Below, in pieces: positions 54,830 through 58,461 of a stretch of DNA of 58,461 nucleotides. Within the stretch, counting starts at the first letter, position 1; each line of letters opens with the position of its first letter. The notes under the pieces are model-generated. The model was not told the DNA's origin and did no database searches. It worked only from the letters and a program-made list of their open reading frames with translations. The DNA is from a virus: the IMG/VR virus record IMGVR_UViG_3300033417_000009; one strand, written 5' to 3'. A program made the position numbers and the translations under genes.

Positions 54830-55698
54830 TATGTGCTCATCCAGCTTACGCCAGGGCGCGTCCCCTGTGACGGTTCATACACCGGGCGCGGACGAGGAAA
54901 CCGCACAAGGAACTTGGGATCATTCATTCGGCTCATCACATCCAGCATATCGTCGAAGCGGGAGCCGGGGTAACGGCACCACTCTTGCGTGATGAAATCC
55001 TTCACCAACCGCGCTTGCCCCGCGTCCCGGCCCTGCGTTTCCGGGTTGGGAAGCCACAGCCGCCCTGCTGTGCCTATGGAAATGAGCGTCCTGATACGGT
55101 CAGGTTTTGACACATTATGCCACTCCCCTTTGCGCCCCAGCTCCTCGATATGGAAACGGTAGTTCTCCCGTTCCATCTTCTCGCGCAGGGCAGATGTATC
55201 ACTCATCAACCCATATTCTTCATAGCCTACCCCAACCGGGCGCCACTTACGGTGCAAACGGAACAGTGCTTCGGCCCGCTCCGGCGGCGTCAACCGCTCC
55301 CGCAGCATCTCCAGCCAGTAGTAGTTCCCGTCAGCGTGTGTGCCGAAAACCCACATGGCCGTGAAGTCGTGCTTCTTCTCCCGGCCTAGCGCCGGGTCAC
55401 ACAAGAGGTACACGTTCATGTCCGGCGTCTTCACTTCCTCGTAAAAATTGAGGGGCACGTTCGCAAACCAGTAGCCGCCAGCGATAGACGGGCGTTGCTG
55501 GTAACTGGACTCCCACACTTCCGGGTCAGCTTTCTTCAAGGCATACAGTTCAGTGCAACTCCAGCGCTCTGGCCAAAGCGGCTCCCCGTGTGCAATCAGC
55601 TCCCCAGTGTTGGGGTCGCGGAAGCCGCACTTACACTCAGCCGACCGCCACCCTTCATCACAGGTGGCTTCAGCAGAAAGTCTAACGACCTGCCACAC
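54829..55698 (-). CDS. terL: Terminase large subunit, nuclease-domain fragment (289 aa from GTG 55698)
   Basis: WQVVRLSAEA...GEPLWPERWSCTELYALKK...SYQQRP...LLCDPALGREKKHDFTAMWVFG...VGYEEYG...DDMLDVMSRM are RNase-H-like TerL nuclease motifs. GGAG lies 9 nt before the GTG. The track start at 55887 (TTG) adds 63 codons that are not protein-like. Confidence 0.75.
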   Translation of the reverse strand: MWQVVRLSAEATCDEGWRSAECKCGFRDPNTGELIAHGEPLWPERWSCTELYALKKADPEVWESSYQQRPSIAGGYWFANVPLNFYEEVKTPDMNVYLLCDPALGREKKHDFTAMWVFGTHADGNYYWLEMLRERLTPPERAEALFRLHRKWRPVGVGYEEYGLMSDTSALREKMERENYRFHIEELGRKGEWHNVSKPDRIRTLISIGTAGRLWLPNPETQGRDAGQARLVKDFITQEWCRYPGSRFDDMLDVMSRMNDPKFLVRFPRPRPVYEPSQGTRPGVSWMST

Positions 55699-55921
55699 CT
55701 GCGGGATCTCCTGTCTCTGCCCGTTCGCGCAACGTTCGCGCCGTTGCTTTCTCGAAGCAAGGGTCACAATACGTGACCGTGGGTAGGTGGCATACCGGCT
55801 TCGTGCAACGTACGCTCTCAAACTGCGGCAAGCTGCACGCCAAGCACTTGTAGTGGTAGTGCCCGGCGCGGGGTTTCGGCGTATCAATTTGCGGCGCTTG
55901 CGGCGCTTGCGATTCGTTCAT
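55682..55921 (-). CDS. Cys-rich 79-aa ORF inserted between the TerL ATPase and nuclease fragments
   Basis: AGGAG lies 6 nt before the ATG. HYHYKCLACSLPQFESVRCTKPVCHLPTVTYCDPCFEKA has three Cys pairs. It is in the third frame and overlaps both TerL fragments. Confidence 0.55.
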   Translation of the reverse strand: MNESQAPQAPQIDTPKPRAGHYHYKCLACSLPQFESVRCTKPVCHLPTVTYCDPCFEKATARTLRERAETGDPAGVAGR

Positions 55922-57569
55922 CGTCGTCTCCTATATCATCTTTGTACTCACAATCGCGCATGTAATCCCACGCTCCATCTTCCTGCGCCCGCCACCCAAC
56001 GAAATCGTTTGGCGTCCACCGAGTTGTGTTCACCAGAATTGACGCATTCGGCTCAAGTCGCGTGCGTACGACGCTGTTGTACACGTCGTGAATGCTCTCA
56101 ATCACAGTCTCGCTTGTGGCTTCCTGACGGTTTTTGTGGGGATCGTCGATGACACAATTTCCGACGAAGATTGACTCAACGCAGAAGCAATGATCGCCTT
56201 CCACCTCAAGGTCATAGACCGGCGCAACGCCGCATTCTTCGACTTGTGAAATCGCATGTGACAGGGTTGGCACAGGACGGCGAGATTCTCGAGGTCGTCG
56301 TTGCGTTTGTTCTCGTCCATGTGGTGTACACCTAGCTTCCCCTTCGTGCCACACTCGAAGCATATCCTGTACTTTTTGCGCAGCGCTGGCGAAATACGCT
56401 TTTTGAAGCGCCGTAGGTAGTAACGGACCCACGCGCCGTCCCGGTAGTTTGGGTTTTTCTTGCCCATCATCAGCACCGAATGTGCCGCGTTCTTGCAGAC
56501 TACGGAACAAAACGAGGTCGTGGAAGAATGCGGGTTGAACGTTACCTTGCACACCGGGCAGACAACCGGCCGAAGCGTACGCCGCATGATCCCACCACAC
56601 GCTGGAGAACAGCACTTGTGCGTTTTCGTACGCGGCACAAACGGTTTCTTGCAGCAAGCGCATCGCTGCTTTCGCTTTTCGCGCTCCTTGCGCATGGACA
56701 TGCTGTAAAACTTGCCGAAACAACTCCTGGTGCAGAAGTAATGAGGGCGTTTCTTGGGATACCACTTTGGGACAAATGTCTCTTTGCACCAGTGACAGGT
56801 CAGTTCCATACACGCGATCTCCTCTCCGCAACGAGCCCGCTTGGCGCAAGCCGGTTTCGGCCAGAATATCGTGGTTGGCAGTAAGCAGCAATGAGTGAGA
56901 GCCAAAGCTGGTGCGCACCACCGAGCGCTTGCCATTGCAGCGCGTTGCACGCACCCTGCGCCAGCCAAACGGGGTGGCTACCTCCGCGCCCACAGTCACG
57001 TGTTCGATGGGAACCCACCCCTGTGCAGTGAGTACCCGCTGGCCTTCCGCAATGCACAGATTCGCCCCCAGCCCGTTGATCGTCCCGTCGAAGCCGCTAG
57101 CAAAAAAGCGACCGCCCGCTTGCAACGTGAACTCGTCTGCCGCCCGCGATTGTTTCGCAACCGCTGCGTGCGGGAACAGTTCCAGGTACATCTCACTGCG
57201 CATCATGTCACGGATGCGTCGGCCGAAAGCCCGTGCCAGCTTCTTGCCGTAACAAAGCAAAATCACAGTGTCCGCCGGGTTATGGCCAAAGTAAAAGGGG
57301 ATCAAGTTCACCGTGCCCCCCTCGGACTTTGAGTGCCTGAAGGGCATCGTCACCATCGTGCGTTTGAACTTCTGGTCTTTCAACGTGACGGCTTCGTAAA
57401 TGGGTGTCAGGATCTGTTGCTGGAAGTAGGTATATTTGTAGGTCGGGTTCATCGCCAAGTAAAACGCGCCATAGTTGTGGCGTATATCGTCCAGGTTTAC
57501 CATCTCTGGGTCAGCCCGCAGTTCGGGCAGTAAGCGCCATGCATCGCCGAGATTTTGAACAAGAACCAC
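55884..57569 (-). CDS. terL: Terminase large subunit, ATPase-domain fragment, interrupted by a 300-codon intein (start uncertain, 57569 GTG or 57503 ATG)
   Basis: Walker A-like TMPFRHSKSEG. Walker B is split as GLGANL/[intein]/CVIDDP. The coupling motif is NTTRWTPNDFVGW. The ORF stops before any nuclease motif. Confidence 0.8.
   Translation of the reverse strand: MVLVQNLGDAWRLLPELRADPEMVNLDDIRHNYGAFYLAMNPTYKYTYFQQQILTPIYEAVTLKDQKFKRTMVTMPFRHSKSEGGTVNLIPFYFGHNPADTVILLCYGKKLARAFGRRIRDMMRSEMYLELFPHAAVAKQSRAADEFTLQAGGRFFASGFDGTINGLGANLCIAEGQRVLTAQGWVPIEHVTVGAEVATPFGWRRVRATRCNGKRSVVRTSFGSHSLLLTANHDILAETGLRQAGSLRRGDRVYGTDLSLVQRDICPKVVSQETPSLLLHQELFRQVLQHVHAQGARKAKAAMRLLQETVCAAYENAQVLFSSVWWDHAAYASAGCLPGVQGNVQPAFFHDLVLFRSLQERGTFGADDGQEKPKLPGRRVGPLLPTALQKAYFASAAQKVQDMLRVWHEGEARCTPHGREQTQRRPRESRRPVPTLSHAISQVEECGVAPVYDLEVEGDHCFCVESIFVGNCVIDDPHKNRQEATSETVIESIHDVYNSVVRTRLEPNASILVNTTRWTPNDFVGWRAQEDGAWDYMRDCEYKDDIGDDDERIASAASAAN
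56102..56809 (-). CDS. HNH endonuclease with three CxxC...C..C Zn-finger repeats, nested in the intein in a different reading frame
   Basis: GGAGAGGAG lies 9 nt before ATG 56809. MELTCHWCKETF..FCTRSC / CACCKKPF..CCSPAC / CPVCKVTF..FCSVVC, then CFECGTKGKLGVHHMDENKRNDDLENLAVLCQPCHMRFH (HNH core, about 56246-56362). Confidence 0.75.
   Translation of the reverse strand: MELTCHWCKETFVPKWYPKKRPHYFCTRSCFGKFYSMSMRKEREKRKQRCACCKKPFVPRTKTHKCCSPACGGIMRRTLRPVVCPVCKVTFNPHSSTTSFCSVVCKNAAHSVLMMGKKNPNYRDGAWVRYYLRRFKKRISPALRKKYRICFECGTKGKLGVHHMDENKRNDDLENLAVLCQPCHMRFHKSKNAALRRSMTLRWKAIIASALSQSSSEIVSSTIPTKTVRKPQARL
56157..57056 (-). mobile_element. Intein (Hint splicing domain) in the TerL Walker B region
   Basis: Block A is CIAEGQRVL (Cys1 codon 57056-57054). 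Block B is LLLTANHDIL. Blocks F/G are VYDLEVEGDHCFCVESIFVGN, followed by the +1 Cys (56156-56154). The central 189 codons carry no endonuclease motif in this frame. Confidence 0.8.
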
Positions 57570-57769
57570 CCACAGTCACACCGCCAATGTCGGCTCTCGT
57601 ACTCAACTTCGCCGAGCATGTGCCCGTCGCAAGCACACTCCGGGCACTCCAGCACGTGTGTACCGACCGGGCACACAGCTACCCACTCATAACGACAAGC
57701 GAGGCACCGCGCCTTCCCGCTTAAGTGCGGGGCGTCCTTGCCGCGCTCAAGATAGACTACATCACCCAT
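57497..57769 (-). CDS. Zn-ribbon protein (90 aa) upstream of TerL
   Basis: MGDVVYLERGKDAPHLSGKARCLACRYEW...ECPECACDG...CDCGW...YCPNCG. The track's N-terminal extension overlaps the previous gene. Confidence 0.55.
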   Translation of the reverse strand: MGDVVYLERGKDAPHLSGKARCLACRYEWVAVCPVGTHVLECPECACDGHMLGEVEYESRHWRCDCGWFLFKISAMHGAYCPNCGLTQRW

Positions 57770-57779
57770 CCCCGGTAAC

Positions 57780-58241
57780 TCACACCGCCTTTGCCGCGTC
57801 CTCCACACGCCTGCGCAACTCCCACGCTTGGTGGCACCCGCAAGCGCATGGAAACTGCGCGTTCCCGTGTAGCTTCTGCTCGCAAGCATGGCACAGTTTC
57901 TCCGAGAGCTGGCCGTTGGCCATCCGCACCCGGTTATCGTCCAGTAGTTGGCACATCACAACAAACAGCTCGTCACGAGCGGAAAGCGTTACCTCTTGCA
58001 CAGGTTTCACCGTGGCGCGCTCAGCGAAGGACTCAACCATGTGCACCTCCTGCCCACGGCGGTTGTGACCTTTCTTACGGCATAAAGCACAAGGCGGTGC
58101 TTTGGCTGCGCCATCCAATAGCAAACCCTTGATACGGTGACCATTGTCGCAAACCCAGATCACCGGCGTTGCGCCTGGCGGCAATCTATCTTCTTGCGGC
58201 GCAGCATTTACTACGTCTTCAACTTGCGTCCCGTTCTCCAT
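57780..58241 (-). CDS. Cys-rich protein (153 aa) upstream of TerL (small-terminase position; function unknown)
   Basis: ORF with CDNGH...CALC...CHAC...CACGCH motifs. No TerS motif was recognised. Confidence 0.5.
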   Translation of the reverse strand: MENGTQVEDVVNAAPQEDRLPPGATPVIWVCDNGHRIKGLLLDGAAKAPPCALCRKKGHNRRGQEVHMVESFAERATVKPVQEVTLSARDELFVVMCQLLDDNRVRMANGQLSEKLCHACEQKLHGNAQFPCACGCHQAWELRRRVEDAAKAV

Positions 58242-58461
58242 CTTCCTTGCCCTCCTTTGGGGTTACATTCCGTGGTACTTGTGGGGGCGCGGGCTGCCCC
58301 ATCTTGTACGTGCGCGTCCGTTCCTGGATTGCTGCAACCACCCCGCCGCTCATACTAGAAAGCTGCTTCTGGATGTCCTGGCCCAGCTTTTTCTCCCGCA
58401 CACGGTAAGCGAGCACACAAAGCTGTCGTGCCTCTTTGTAGTATTTGAGGGCCAAGTCTGC
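58219..58461 (-). CDS. 3-prime part of the junction-spanning 133-aa gene (see 1..286)
   Basis: The frame is continuous with 286..128 once the duplicated 127 bp is collapsed. The track's TTG start at 58455 is an artefact of the contig end. Confidence 0.6.
   Translation of the reverse strand, partial: ADLALKYYKEARQLCVLAYRVREKKLGQDIQKQLSSMSGGVVAAIQERTRTYKMGQPAPPQVPRNVTPKEGKEDGERDAS
58335..58461. repeat. 127-bp terminal direct repeat, identical to 1..127
   Basis: Read directly. Confidence 0.97.

Noticed and set aside
55699-55887. The N-terminal 63 codons of the TerL nuclease track ORF (TTG start at 55887).
   Set aside because: The sequence MIRRNPAPGTTTTSAWRAACRSLRAYVARSRYATYPRSR... looks like an out-of-frame reading of the Cys-rich 79-aa ORF. 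Recognisable TerL sequence begins at WQVVRLSAEA, next to an SD-led GTG.
56229-56806. The central part of the intein read in the TerL frame, considered as a degenerate in-frame homing endonuclease domain.
   Set aside because: I could find no LAGLIDADG, HNH, GIY-YIG or other nuclease motif in that frame. All such motifs lie in the +1 frame. Only a profile search could settle this.

Overview
This window is a complete, circularly closed genome of a GC-rich tailed dsDNA phage. Bases 1-127 recur exactly at 58335-58461, so the unique length is 58,334 bp. Coding is dense and sits in two divergent arms that separate at about 14.7-15.0 kb and converge at about 36.2 kb. The plus arm (14984-36208) holds early and DNA-metabolism genes: a beta-clamp-like protein, a UvrD-like helicase, an RHH regulator, a Cas4/RecB-like nuclease, an AAA_24/Sak4-like ATPase, a DUF669-type SSB, a family-A DNA polymerase with an N-terminal UDG-like domain, a DUF3987-like P-loop protein, DUF4326, ASCH and many small Zn-ribbon proteins. 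The minus arm runs from 14659 down through the contig junction to 36192. It holds a lysis cassette (M15-peptidase endolysin, several small membrane proteins, two lipoproteins), two giant Sec-signal/Pro-Thr-linker proteins (1955 and 1124 aa), packaging genes (TerL, portal) and a podovirus/T7-like ordered structural module (scaffold, N4-gp56-like major capsid, internal virion proteins, a 1023-aa core protein, tail fibre). I recognised no integrase, tRNA, rRNA, CRISPR array or phage RNA polymerase. The main oddities are: (1) a TerL intein whose endonuclease loop is filled by a complete HNH gene with its own SD and ATG, in a different reading frame from the intein; (2) TerL and PolA each split at a domain boundary by a small SD-led ORF in the third frame (a Cys-rich 79-aa ORF and a hyper-acidic 77-aa ORF); (3) an adjacent nuclease and ATPase whose motif orders look circularly permuted; (4) at least six signal-peptide/PT-linker proteins, three sharing a C-terminal fibre-like module and two inserted in the capsid module; (5) two extreme low-complexity proteins (TxDA tetrapeptide array, GYG/SG array); (6) an ori-like inverted repeat around an AT-rich core, plus palindromic operator arrays. 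All family names come from motif recognition by eye. No database search was run.
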